Position numbers and translations under genes: made by a program
Part shown: positions 49,578 to 56,877 of the stretch, in pieces
Position numbering within the stretch: the first letter of the stretch is position 1
Layout of the letters: the number at the start of each line of letters is the position of its first letter
Origin: a virus
Taxonomy: Duplodnaviria > Caudoviricetes
Strand: one strand, 5' to 3'
Length of the DNA: 57,058 bases
IMG/VR virus record: IMGVR_UViG_3300027679_000006
Location: 1 to 57,058 of that record
Notes under the pieces: model-generated
Told to the model about the DNA's origin: nothing
Databases searched by the model: none
The model's input: the letters and a program-made list of their open reading frames with translations, nothing else

Positions 49578-49661
49578 AGCCTCGCCCACGGATCGCTGCG
49601 ACTCTAACAACGACGAGCCACGGCAATGCGACGCGTGTTGATAAGTTTGTATGCGTATATG

Positions 49662-49703
49662 GATAACTCATAACCCATAACACATAACGCATAGCCCATA
49701 AAC
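49662..49703. repeat. 7-bp tandem array x6
   Basis: gataact cataacc cataaca cataacg catagcc cataaac. Confidence 0.85.
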
Positions 49704-49756
49704 GCAATGAGGGGGAGCAAGAGCCGAAGCCCTCACTCCCCCTCATCACTCCGCGA

Positions 49757-50302
49757 CTAGCGCGAGGTCGCCCCCGCGTACGCCGCGTCGCCCTTCACCC
49801 ACACGGCGAAGGTCATCGCGTCAGCATCGCGCACCCAGAAACTAATCCCCTGCGCGAAGAGGTTAGAGGTCGGGTCAGCGATGACCGTCACCTCACACGG
49901 TAGCGTGCCATCTTCGCACGCTGCCTGAATCTTCACGCCGAGGTCTTGCCCCTCAGTTCGCTCGCCCCAGAGTAGAAGATCCTCTTCTACCTCAGTCCAC
50001 CCGTTCACGAAGACCGTATCGTAATGACCGCGCCACGCTGACGATGCGCGCCACTCACGCTTCCAGTTGGAAGCGTCAACAGGCTCGCCGTACTCAGGAT
50101 CAAGTGCCACGAGATCGCCCAAGATGATTTTGCTCACCTCGCCAATCGGCGTGAACAGCGTGATCATTGAGGCGTGCTCAGTATCGGACTGCCAACACGC
50201 GGAGCAAATCTGATCTTCCAAGATGTTGGAATACTCAGCGTAGTCCGACTCAATCTCTTCGCCACAGCGCGGTGCTGCGCAGATCACTTTATCGCTCTTC
50301 AT
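49757..50302 (-). CDS. hypothetical protein with N-terminal zinc finger (cassette G)
   Basis: GAGGAGG SD; CAAPRC...CSAC; 181 aa, acidic. Confidence 0.75.
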   Translation of the reverse strand: MKSDKVICAAPRCGEEIESDYAEYSNILEDQICSACWQSDTEHASMITLFTPIGEVSKIILGDLVALDPEYGEPVDASNWKREWRASSAWRGHYDTVFVNGWTEVEEDLLLWGERTEGQDLGVKIQAACEDGTLPCEVTVIADPTSNLFAQGISFWVRDADAMTFAVWVKGDAAYAGATSR

Positions 50303-50340
50303 TAGACCTCCTCTGCTGCGGGGAACTTCCCCGATGTATG

Positions 50341-50373
50341 TACTATGCCACGCCGCCAAACCTACTATGGAGC
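50341..50373 (-). promoter_or_regulatory. cassette motif copy G
   Basis: GCTCCATAGTAGGTTT-GGCGGCG-TGGCATAGTA. Confidence 0.85.
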
Positions 50374-50450
50374 AATCTTCCGCAGCAGCCGATTCGCCCC
50401 GCAGACCTGAATCCAACAGCAAGTTGGTAGCGCGCGTATACACATATAGG

Positions 50451-50485
50451 CATAACCCATAACACATAACGCATAACAAATAACA
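50451..50485. repeat. 7-bp tandem array x5
   Basis: cataacc cataaca cataacg cataaca aataaca. Confidence 0.85.
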
Positions 50486-50527
50486 AGAGGGCGACAGAGC
50501 CGAAGCCCTGCCGCCCTCTTGTTGTGC

Positions 50528-50938
50528 CTACGCCGCTCCGACGAGGCTTGGCTCCTTGACGAGAATCTTCGTGTGCTCGTCTGGCGGCAACACTACTTCT
50601 AGTCCGTGCTTGCGGAAGAAGTGCTGCGCGATGCTTGGCATATCCTTACCCGACCAACCGATATAAACATCGGTCGCACCCCTAATGTGATCTTGGTCGT
50701 GGTAGAAGATGAACATCGGATCGTCGTAGAACGCCTCGTCGTAGTCGTTGCCCGACTCGTCAGCAATCGCCTTCTGATCCGCCTTGTACTCTTCCCAGAG
50801 TTCGTAGCCTTGTGCCGCCGAGCAGGTGGTACAGCACCACCGACTCGCCTGCGTATGACCAAGCACGAACGCGACGGAAGATGAATCAATCTCCTTCATC
50901 GCTGCGTTCACCTTTGCCCAGAATCCTTTGCCGCTCAT
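50528..50938 (-). CDS. DUF6891-like protein (cassette H)
   Basis: WCCTTC, FIFYHDQD, YIGW, HGLEV motifs; GAGGAGG SD. Confidence 0.55.
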   Translation of the reverse strand: MSGKGFWAKVNAAMKEIDSSSVAFVLGHTQASRWCCTTCSAAQGYELWEEYKADQKAIADESGNDYDEAFYDDPMFIFYHDQDHIRGATDVYIGWSGKDMPSIAQHFFRKHGLEVVLPPDEHTKILVKEPSLVGAA

Positions 50939-51081
50939 AGAGCCACCTCCTCGGCTACTCGCCACGAATCTGCTTGCGCGGCATCTGCCGCAGTCCAAGC
51001 CTCCTCCTTACACGCCTCGCACACCATTGCGACATCCTCGCCGTTCACCACCACATCGTCAGAACCACAGATTCGGCACAT
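50935..51081 (-). CDS. 48-aa zinc-finger protein (cassette H)
   Basis: AAGGAGG SD; CRIC...CEAC. Confidence 0.65.
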   Translation of the reverse strand: MCRICGSDDVVVNGEDVAMVCEACKEEAWTAADAAQADSWRVAEEVAL

Positions 51082-51122
51082 CTCGCACCTCCTTGCTATG
51101 CGGAACATCTCCGCTACTTCTA

Positions 51123-51155
51123 CATAATGCCACCCCGCCAAACCTACTATGGAAC
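51123..51155 (-). promoter_or_regulatory. cassette motif copy H
   Basis: GTTCCATAGTAGGTTT-GGCGGGG-TGGCATTATG. Confidence 0.85.
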
Positions 51156-51233
51156 AGACAACGCAAACACCCGCCGCTGACCGAAGCCAACGACGGGTGA
51201 TCGTTTCGCGTGTATCCGTTATATGTATATACA

Positions 51234-51261
51234 CATAACGCATAACCCATAACCACTAACT
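51234..51261. repeat. 7-bp tandem array x3-4
   Basis: cataacg cataacc cataacc actaact. Confidence 0.7.
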
Positions 51262-51390
51262 CTCCTGCGGGTGCTCGCAGTTCTCTGACTGCTCCAACTC
51301 GTAGCACGCGTTATCCCGAACGGGATTGTCTACACACTCGCAGACAATCTCCGTTCGTTCGCACTCATCGCACCAAACCTTCGTGCTCAT
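51256..51390 (-). CDS. 44-aa Cys-rich protein (cassette I)
   Basis: GGGAG SD; CDEC...CEC...C...CEH. Confidence 0.55.
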   Translation of the reverse strand: MSTKVWCDECERTEIVCECVDNPVRDNACYELEQSENCEHPQES

Positions 51391-51599
51391 AGGACTCCCG
51401 TTCCGCCGCAGCCGCAGATGCCATCTTCGCAACTCGCGCCTTCCGAAAGAAGTAAGGCGCACCCGTGCTTCTCAGCGCGGTGCTCCTCGCACGATTCGCA
51501 GTAGGCGTATGGAATACCAGAAGCATTGTTGTCTGCGATGAACGCTGCCTGACCATCAACGCAGAAGTCGCACATCATTGACTCCGTTGGCTTGCTCAT
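51387..51599 (-). CDS. Cys-rich protein (cassette I)
   Basis: AGGAGGAG SD; CDFC, CESC, C..GICGC. Confidence 0.65.
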   Translation of the reverse strand: MSKPTESMMCDFCVDGQAAFIADNNASGIPYAYCESCEEHRAEKHGCALLLSEGASCEDGICGCGGTGVL

Positions 51600-51647
51600 T
51601 GCTCCTCCTTCCGCGTCGGGGAGAGGCTCGCGCCTCTCCCCTTCGCA

Positions 51648-51929
51648 CTAATCCTCGTCTGGCTCGCCGCCGACGAACGCCGCCAAGTAGAGGGACTGAA
51701 TCACCACCCAAGCAGGAACTTGCGAACCATACTTGCGGTGCTCCGCGCCCTCTGGCATCTCCACCATCTCGTCTGACTCACCCGCTTCCGCAAGTGCGAG
51801 TGCCGCCTTCGCAGGGGCAATCATCATCAGCGGGACTGGCGGGTAGCAGTTCGTCGTGAAGTGCCAATGAAGTTTCGTGTCCAAGTCCAACTCCGTATCC
51901 GCGATACCGAGTGCCGTTGCGTATCCCAT
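51648..51929 (-). CDS. hypothetical protein (cassette I)
   Basis: AAGGAGG SD; L.WH...N.YPPVP. Confidence 0.75.
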   Translation of the reverse strand: MGYATALGIADTELDLDTKLHWHFTTNCYPPVPLMMIAPAKAALALAEAGESDEMVEMPEGAEHRKYGSQVPAWVVIQSLYLAAFVGGEPDED

Positions 51930-51973
51930 ACGAACCTCCTTCGCTACTCGTCAGGGAATCTCCCTGACTACTT

Positions 51974-52006
51974 CATAATGCCAGAGTCTAAAACCTACTA
52001 TGGAGC
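51974..52006 (-). promoter_or_regulatory. cassette motif copy I
   Basis: GCTCCATAGTAGGTTT-TAGACTC-TGGCATTATG. Confidence 0.85.
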
Positions 52007-52039
52007 AGCGGGGGGAGGCGCAACCCTCCCCCCTCATCA

Positions 52040-52492
52040 TCAGGCGAACGACTCGCCTGCGATGATGATCTCCTGAACGCGCCCTGCGTTCACCGAGCGA
52101 TGCGCGTGTCGCTTGCCGCGCAACTCGCACGACGCACCCTCTTTGCCAGAGTACGGACACGCCGTAGCGAAGCCGTATTCCTCTGGCGCACCACCGACGA
52201 TGCTGAACGACAACCCACCATCTTTGCCAATGTGGAAGCCGTCTACGCCGTAGTGCTTGTCCAACTGACCGACAATCTGAACGACGCTGATTGTCCACCC
52301 GCGCTCATCGGTGCGAGTGCTCAATGTCTTGACCATCGGGATCGCCGCCTTCGCGTCAGGTGCGACGCTTGCCGCCGCCTTTGCGATGCGCCGCGCCATC
52401 TCGGCGGGACTGACTGGTGCGGTTTCCGTGATGACCTTGACGAAGCGACCCTTCGCCGAGCGCATCACCTTGACCACTTGTTCGTGCTCCAT
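52040..52492 (-). CDS. hypothetical protein, paralog of 45645..46097 (cassette J)
   Basis: AAGGAGG SD; 150 aa. Confidence 0.8.
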   Translation of the reverse strand: MEHEQVVKVMRSAKGRFVKVITETAPVSPAEMARRIAKAAASVAPDAKAAIPMVKTLSTRTDERGWTISVVQIVGQLDKHYGVDGFHIGKDGGLSFSIVGGAPEEYGFATACPYSGKEGASCELRGKRHAHRSVNAGRVQEIIIAGESFA

Positions 52493-52532
52493 CTGAACCT
52501 CCTTGCTACGCAGGGAACCTCCCTGACTTCTC

Positions 52533-52565
52533 TACAATGCCAGAGTCGCAAACCTACTATGGAGC
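52533..52565 (-). promoter_or_regulatory. cassette motif copy J
   Basis: GCTCCATAGTAGGTTT-GCGACTC-TGGCATTGTA. Confidence 0.85.
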
Positions 52566-52575
52566 GAGAAGCCGA

Positions 52576-52634
52576 TGCCATCTGTATGGCACGAGGATTG
52601 CCATCTGTATGGCACGAGTGCCAAGTGTGTGGCA
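52576..52634. repeat. three tandem TGCCA-N6-TGGCA palindromes
   Basis: 52576-52591, 52599-52614, 52619-52634. Confidence 0.85.
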
Positions 52635-52648
52635 CAACTCTCGCGCGC

Positions 52649-52725
52649 TATTACGCATTAGGCATAACCCATAACACATAACACATAAGTCATAACGCAT
52701 AAGGCATAACCAATAACAAATAAAA
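52649..52725. repeat. 7-bp tandem array x11
   Basis: tattacg cattagg cataacc cataaca cataaca cataagt cataacg cataagg cataacc aataaca aataaaa. Confidence 0.9.
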
Positions 52726-52765
52726 AGGGGAGCCGCACCAGACACCACATCTGGTACGACTCCCC
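52722..52765 (-). terminator. intrinsic terminator of cassette K
   Basis: GGGGAGTCGTACCAGAT-loop-GTCTGGTGCGGCTCCCC then TTTTTA. Confidence 0.75.
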
Positions 52766-52769
52766 AAGC

Positions 52770-52935
52770 CTATCGCGGCTGTGACGCTTATCCCATTTCT
52801 GAGGCGGTCATTGGGCTTTCGCTTGTCCGCTGCTGACTGAGCCCCCTCTGGTTAGGAGTCCGACCAATCAGTCCTTATCGTCGCGGGTAGTTCTTCGTCT
52901 ACCAACTAGCCGCCCTGCACGCGGCACGGATACAC
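52770..52935 (-). ncRNA. candidate structured non-coding RNA
   Basis: About 165 nt with no credible ORF between last gene and terminator; nested helices and a GAAA tetraloop. Confidence 0.45.
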
Positions 52936-52939
52936 AGGA

Positions 52940-53170
52940 TTACTCAGCGAGAGTTCGTGCAATCTTCACGCGGTTGATTGCCGCCGTGAGTTCATCATAC
53001 TCCTCTTCGCCGAAGACCTCAATCAACTTGTTCACGCTGTCCGCTTGCATCTTCTCAAAGACAAAGATCGCTGCACCTGCATCGCTCTTGCCTTCGTAGA
53101 AGCGAGCGAAGGTTGTGACCGCTCCGTTCGTGTGAATCTGATACCAAGTGTTCGCTTGTTCTCCGTACAT
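52940..53170 (-). CDS. hypothetical protein, paralog of 47325..47573 (cassette K)
   Basis: AAAGGAG SD; NTWYQIHTNGAVTTFAR. Confidence 0.75.
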   Translation of the reverse strand: MYGEQANTWYQIHTNGAVTTFARFYEGKSDAGAAIFVFEKMQADSVNKLIEVFGEEEYDELTAAINRVKIARTLAE

Positions 53171-53221
53171 CTTGTTCTCCTTTCTTGCGAGGGGAGCGGC
53201 GAGTGCCGCCCCCCTCGTAGT

Positions 53222-53665
53222 TTACTTCGCCGCTGTGAGGTCAGCGAGTTGCTGACTCAGGTCGCGGTAATCGTACTTGCCATCTTCGTTGAACAACTTG
53301 TCCACGAAGGGGCGAATCTCGTCTGAGATGTCCTTGAACTTCGTCGGCTCACCGATGTCGCTCAACGCCTCAGCCCAACCCGCTGGCAGGTCGCTCTCCT
53401 CGTAGTAGTCGCCGATGACTGCTACGCGGTCGCCGTGCCAACGCCCCTTGAACACGCCGTTCGTGAACTCAGGGAAGTCCGAGTTGTCGTTTGCCCAGTC
53501 GCCGCCGCCGCGCGCCTCCTTGTAGGCACAGAGCACATACAGGATGTCGGCAAGCGAACCGCCGCCGTACCCTGAGTGCTCACGCTGCTTCGCGCCGAAG
53601 CCGAGGTCGTGCGGATTCACAACCTCCAACTTGTCTAGATTGAAGAGTGAGTGATACTGACCCAT
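53222..53665 (-). CDS. hypothetical protein (cassette K)
   Basis: AAGGAGG SD; MGQY...NLDK.E...GRW.GDRV..IGDY. Confidence 0.75.
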   Translation of the reverse strand: MGQYHSLFNLDKLEVVNPHDLGFGAKQREHSGYGGGSLADILYVLCAYKEARGGGDWANDNSDFPEFTNGVFKGRWHGDRVAVIGDYYEESDLPAGWAEALSDIGEPTKFKDISDEIRPFVDKLFNEDGKYDYRDLSQQLADLTAAK

Positions 53666-53676
53666 CGTCTACCTCC

Positions 53677-54063
53677 TTACGCTGTGGCTACGAGTTGCGA
53701 GTCAAACGACCCGCTTCGTGCCGAGAACATTGCCCAAAGGTCGCGCGCTTCCTGCTCGCTCAATGGGCGAGCCGCAAGACCTTCCGTGTTGGCGAACAGA
53801 ACGACATCACCTTTGACATCGTGGCTGCTGCCGTTTGAGAACATCCGAAGCAGCGTTGCCCACTCGTTCACAACGCACCACGGCTTGAACTCCCGAACGG
53901 AGTCCGCAACCATCACCCACTTCACACCGCGCATTGAGCCAACCCCAATGATGTCGGTGTAGTCCGCGCCGATGGTCTTGTTGATTGCCTCGTACGAACC
54001 TTCGCTAAACGGCACTAGTTCGGCACGAGTGTGCTCTGCCCGAATCACGATTGCGAACCCCAT
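53677..54063 (-). CDS. DUF3846-like protein (cassette K)
   Basis: I..TIG, VNEWAT, VKGDVVL; same length as 46371..46757; AGGAGG SD. Confidence 0.6.
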   Translation of the reverse strand: MGFAIVIRAEHTRAELVPFSEGSYEAINKTIGADYTDIIGVGSMRGVKWVMVADSVREFKPWCVVNEWATLLRMFSNGSSHDVKGDVVLFANTEGLAARPLSEQEARDLWAMFSARSGSFDSQLVATA

Positions 54064-54072
54064 ACGAACCTC

Positions 54073-54141
54073 CTATCTCTCAACCCGAAGCAGCCAACCA
54101 AACAGCAGCATCAGGAGGATTGCTAAGGTCGTGTCGTTCAT
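54073..54141 (-). CDS. 22-aa hydrophobic micropeptide (cassette K)
   Basis: GAGGAGG SD directly after cassette leader; MNDTTLAILLMLLFGWLLRVER. Confidence 0.65.
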   Translation of the reverse strand: MNDTTLAILLMLLFGWLLRVER

Positions 54142-54174
54142 AGACACCTCCTCTGTCGGAACTTCCGACTCACT

Positions 54175-54207
54175 TACAATGCCAGACTTCTAAACCTACT
54201 ATGGAGC
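54175..54207 (-). promoter_or_regulatory. cassette motif copy K
   Basis: GCTCCATAGTAGGTTT-AGAAGTC-TGGCATTGTA. Confidence 0.85.
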
Positions 54208-54278
54208 AGGCTCAGGGGCAGCGGCAAGGAGGGGTCAGCCGAGACCAACCCAACCCTGCCGTGCCCTTGCGTATATGT

Positions 54279-54320
54279 CATTAGGCATAACCCATAACGC
54301 ATAACGCATAACCAATAACT
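54279..54320. repeat. 7-bp tandem array x6
   Basis: cattagg cataacc cataacg cataacg cataacc aataact. Confidence 0.85.
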
Positions 54321-54618
54321 AGTTCGCTTTGCGCTTCCAATAACCCACAGCAGCGCGAACCGCCGTGCCGCTCTGCGCGCCAATCTTCACGGCAACATCG
54401 TCGTAGGACATCCCACCACTCAACATCAACACAATCTTCTCGTGTTCGTATCGGGATGGTCGCCCTGCTTTCGGTTGACCGAGACCGTTGCGCTTTGCGA
54501 ATTGCGAGACCCATTGGCGAGACACGCCGAACTCGTCGGCAATGTCTCGCTGTCTGGTTCCACTCTTTAACTTGCCGATGACGACTGACTCGTCAAGGAC
54601 AACCTTCTTGCCCATCAC
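54319..54618 (-). CDS. tandem HTH DNA-binding protein (cassette L)
   Basis: RQRDIADEFGVSRQWVSQF, GRPS linker, MSYDDVAVKIG. Confidence 0.75.
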   Translation of the reverse strand: MMGKKVVLDESVVIGKLKSGTRQRDIADEFGVSRQWVSQFAKRNGLGQPKAGRPSRYEHEKIVLMLSGGMSYDDVAVKIGAQSGTAVRAAVGYWKRKAN

Positions 54619-54998
54619 AGAGCACCGACAGTCTTCTGTGCCACCGTGTGCGTCTCGTAGTCTGGTTCCCTGTCGAGGTTGTACACATAGACCGAAGCCT
54701 CTGCCTCTGGGTCTGCTGCGTACACCGCCTCGACGATCTTCTCGCCGAAGCGATCAGACAGAACATCCCACGCGACTGACAACGACTTCGTGTAGACATC
54801 GAACGAGTAGGTTGGATAGTCATCCCACGCGCTCGTGTCTGCGAAGGTGTAATCAGAACCGAACATCGCGTTCTTATCTGATGTTGCGTCTGGAAGCCCA
54901 GTCCCGAGAAGCGCAAGGTGTACGGCAGAGACCACCGCATCCTTCTTCTCGTGACTGACTCCCTTGACCGTAATGTTCACTTCTACTGATGCGCTCAC
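54615..54998 (-). CDS. hypothetical protein (cassette L)
   Basis: GAGGAGG SD, GTG start; 127 aa. Confidence 0.7.
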   Translation of the reverse strand: MSASVEVNITVKGVSHEKKDAVVSAVHLALLGTGLPDATSDKNAMFGSDYTFADTSAWDDYPTYSFDVYTKSLSVAWDVLSDRFGEKIVEAVYAADPEAEASVYVYNLDREPDYETHTVAQKTVGAL

Positions 54999-55360
54999 TT
55001 GCTCACCTCCTCTTCGCTACACGCGCAGTCAAACTTCGGATTGAAGCAATGACTACACGGATGTTCGTCTGTTTTGTGTACGGAGAGAATCCCTCCACAC
55101 ATCGACGACATTGGATTGAAGCACCACCCCTGTTGCGCTGCTGCCCTGTCGGACATAAACGGCGGATGGAACTCGCACTCACACGGAGCGCAGTCCAAGC
55201 AGTACAAGGAGTAGCCCTCTGGAACTCCATCCTTGTACTGATTGAAATCAAGCAGGTCGAACCGCGTATTCGGTTCGCCGTTCCAAGTACCGACGACCTT
55301 CTCGTCGTCGTAGAACACCATCGTGCCGCAGTCGCAGCACTTGTCCATCTGTCCGCTCAT
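54995..55360 (-). CDS. Cys-rich protein (cassette L)
   Basis: GAGGAGG SD; CCDC, CLDC, CEC, CSHC, CAC. Confidence 0.65.
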   Translation of the reverse strand: MSGQMDKCCDCGTMVFYDDEKVVGTWNGEPNTRFDLLDFNQYKDGVPEGYSLYCLDCAPCECEFHPPFMSDRAAAQQGWCFNPMSSMCGGILSVHKTDEHPCSHCFNPKFDCACSEEEVSK

Positions 55361-55878
55361 ACAACCTCCTCTTCCTTCTCCTCTGGCAAGCAACCATCGC
55401 AGTACGGATTGCCGTTCATCGTCAGCACGCCGTCTGCTGTTGCCCAAATCACATCGTCTTCGGTGAGGTCGGTGTCGCACTCGTGGCACGAGTACTCCTT
55501 CTCCTCATCCTCTTCGACATCCTCTTCCTCTTCGTCGGGAACGAAGACCACTTCGAGACGCTCAATGCGACCCTCGTGGTTGTAGTGCGCGTAAACTGGA
55601 TACTGACCATCGCCGTAGCCGCTGCTCACCGCTACCGCGCTGCCGTTGCCCAACTCACCCGCGCTGTTATCCGAGAGCGTCGCAGCGCAAGCACCGCTGT
55701 ACGAGTACTCAAACTCGTTCGCGGTCTTCTGTGCCTCGACCTCTCCCTCTACCCACTCGAAGCCGTCAGACGACTTCTTGCCGTAGTCGCTGAGATAGCA
55801 AGGGTCGCCGACCATCACCATCCCCGCATCAACACCGACTCGCCCGACGAGCCACTTGCCGTTCTTGCGATCTGCCAT
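55357..55878 (-). CDS. DUF4241-like protein with C-terminal zinc ribbon (cassette L)
   Basis: VGVDAG...DPCY, SSGYGDG.YPVY motifs; CHEC...CDGC; AAGGAGG SD. Confidence 0.65.
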   Translation of the reverse strand: MADRKNGKWLVGRVGVDAGMVMVGDPCYLSDYGKKSSDGFEWVEGEVEAQKTANEFEYSYSGACAATLSDNSAGELGNGSAVAVSSGYGDGQYPVYAHYNHEGRIERLEVVFVPDEEEEDVEEDEEKEYSCHECDTDLTEDDVIWATADGVLTMNGNPYCDGCLPEEKEEEVV

Positions 55879-55922
55879 TTGTGTGCCTCCTTCCAACTAC
55901 GAGGGAACGCCCCTCACTCAAC

Positions 55923-55955
55923 TACAATGCCACACCCTGAAACCTACTATGGAGC
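55923..55955 (-). promoter_or_regulatory. cassette motif copy L
   Basis: GCTCCATAGTAGGTTT-CAGGGTG-TGGCATTGTA. Confidence 0.85.
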
Positions 55956-56027
55956 AAGAAGAAAGGGGGGAGCCAAGCCGAAGCCTGACTCCCCCCTTGT
56001 TCTTATGTGATCTTCTAGCGCGTTATG

Positions 56028-56062
56028 GATTAGGCATAACCCATAACCCATAACCGATAACT
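56028..56062. repeat. 7-bp tandem array x5
   Basis: gattagg cataacc cataacc cataacc gataact. Confidence 0.85.
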
Positions 56063-56877
56063 CAACCCCCGACGATGCCGCCGAAGTGCTCATCGCAGAA
56101 CGCTTCCATCGCGTTCGCGGGAACCTTGTCGTAGTCGCGCTCATAACCACGCGACCCATCTGCCTCTGCGATGTACGCCTCGTCTGGCAACGAATCGCCA
56201 AACTCGTAGTCATCACGCGAGACCTCTTCGCCGTTGAGGTAGACCACCTGACCTGCGTACCCCATACCGCCTTCGCAATAGCGATGCGTAATGGAGAGCG
56301 TTGGAAACTGCTTTGCGAGAGCAGCGACCACAGGCTCGGCAGGCGACCACGCCGTGTCGAAGTTGTACGAGGTATCACCCTCGATTGTCTGATCGTTGTC
56401 TACTCGGTCGTGCCACACTTCCGCCGCGTTCCACTTGGCTCCCCAGTTCTTCACATTCCAGTTGTACCACCAGTCTGGGTGTGAAGAAATCTTCGGAGCG
56501 TCGCACTTTGGGCAGACTTCCGAGCCGCCAAACATCTTCTCCACTACAACTTCGATTGTGCCGTTGTCGAGATTCTTCTTCACGACTGGGAGACCATCGA
56601 CAGCCCAGTAGCCTTCCTGTGGCTCAAAGCCGTGTTCCTTCTCGTACTCGTGTCCCTCGGCTCCCTTCACCATTTCTTTGGTGATGACAAACTCTGGGTG
56701 GCAACCGCAAAGGAAATCATTCTGACTCTCGTTGGCTGCGTAGAACTTGTTCTCTGGGACTGGGACAATCTTGGAGAAGTCGAACCCATCGTCTTCACCC
56801 TTGACTGCCTCGATTAGCCTGACGATCTCTGCCTCGTTGCCTGTAATGTCTAGTTGATTCGCGCACCAGTTAGGCAT
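56062..56877 (-). CDS. DUF1281/YubB-like ferredoxin-fold protein (cassette M)
   Basis: MPNWC.N.L.I.G, WY.WN..NWG.KW, FDTAWSP, FP.L.....Y.E.GM motifs. Confidence 0.8.
   Translation of the reverse strand: MPNWCANQLDITGNEAEIVRLIEAVKGEDDGFDFSKIVPVPENKFYAANESQNDFLCGCHPEFVITKEMVKGAEGHEYEKEHGFEPQEGYWAVDGLPVVKKNLDNGTIEVVVEKMFGGSEVCPKCDAPKISSHPDWWYNWNVKNWGAKWNAAEVWHDRVDNDQTIEGDTSYNFDTAWSPAEPVVAALAKQFPTLSITHRYCEGGMGYAGQVVYLNGEEVSRDDYEFGDSLPDEAYIAEADGSRGYERDYDKVPANAMEAFCDEHFGGIVGG

Noticed and set aside
45233-50479. Long N-terminal ORF extensions such as MLSVMCYPLCVM, MCYGLCL, MLWLMCYG, MLCVMCYG
   Set aside because: Artefacts of reading through heptad arrays and the promoter motif; true starts follow the SD sites downstream of the motif
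52800-52870. Short 16S rRNA-like words (ACTCCTA, CAGCAG, GCGAAAGCC on minus strand)
   Set aside because: Only scattered 6-9-mers with wrong spacing; not an rRNA fragment
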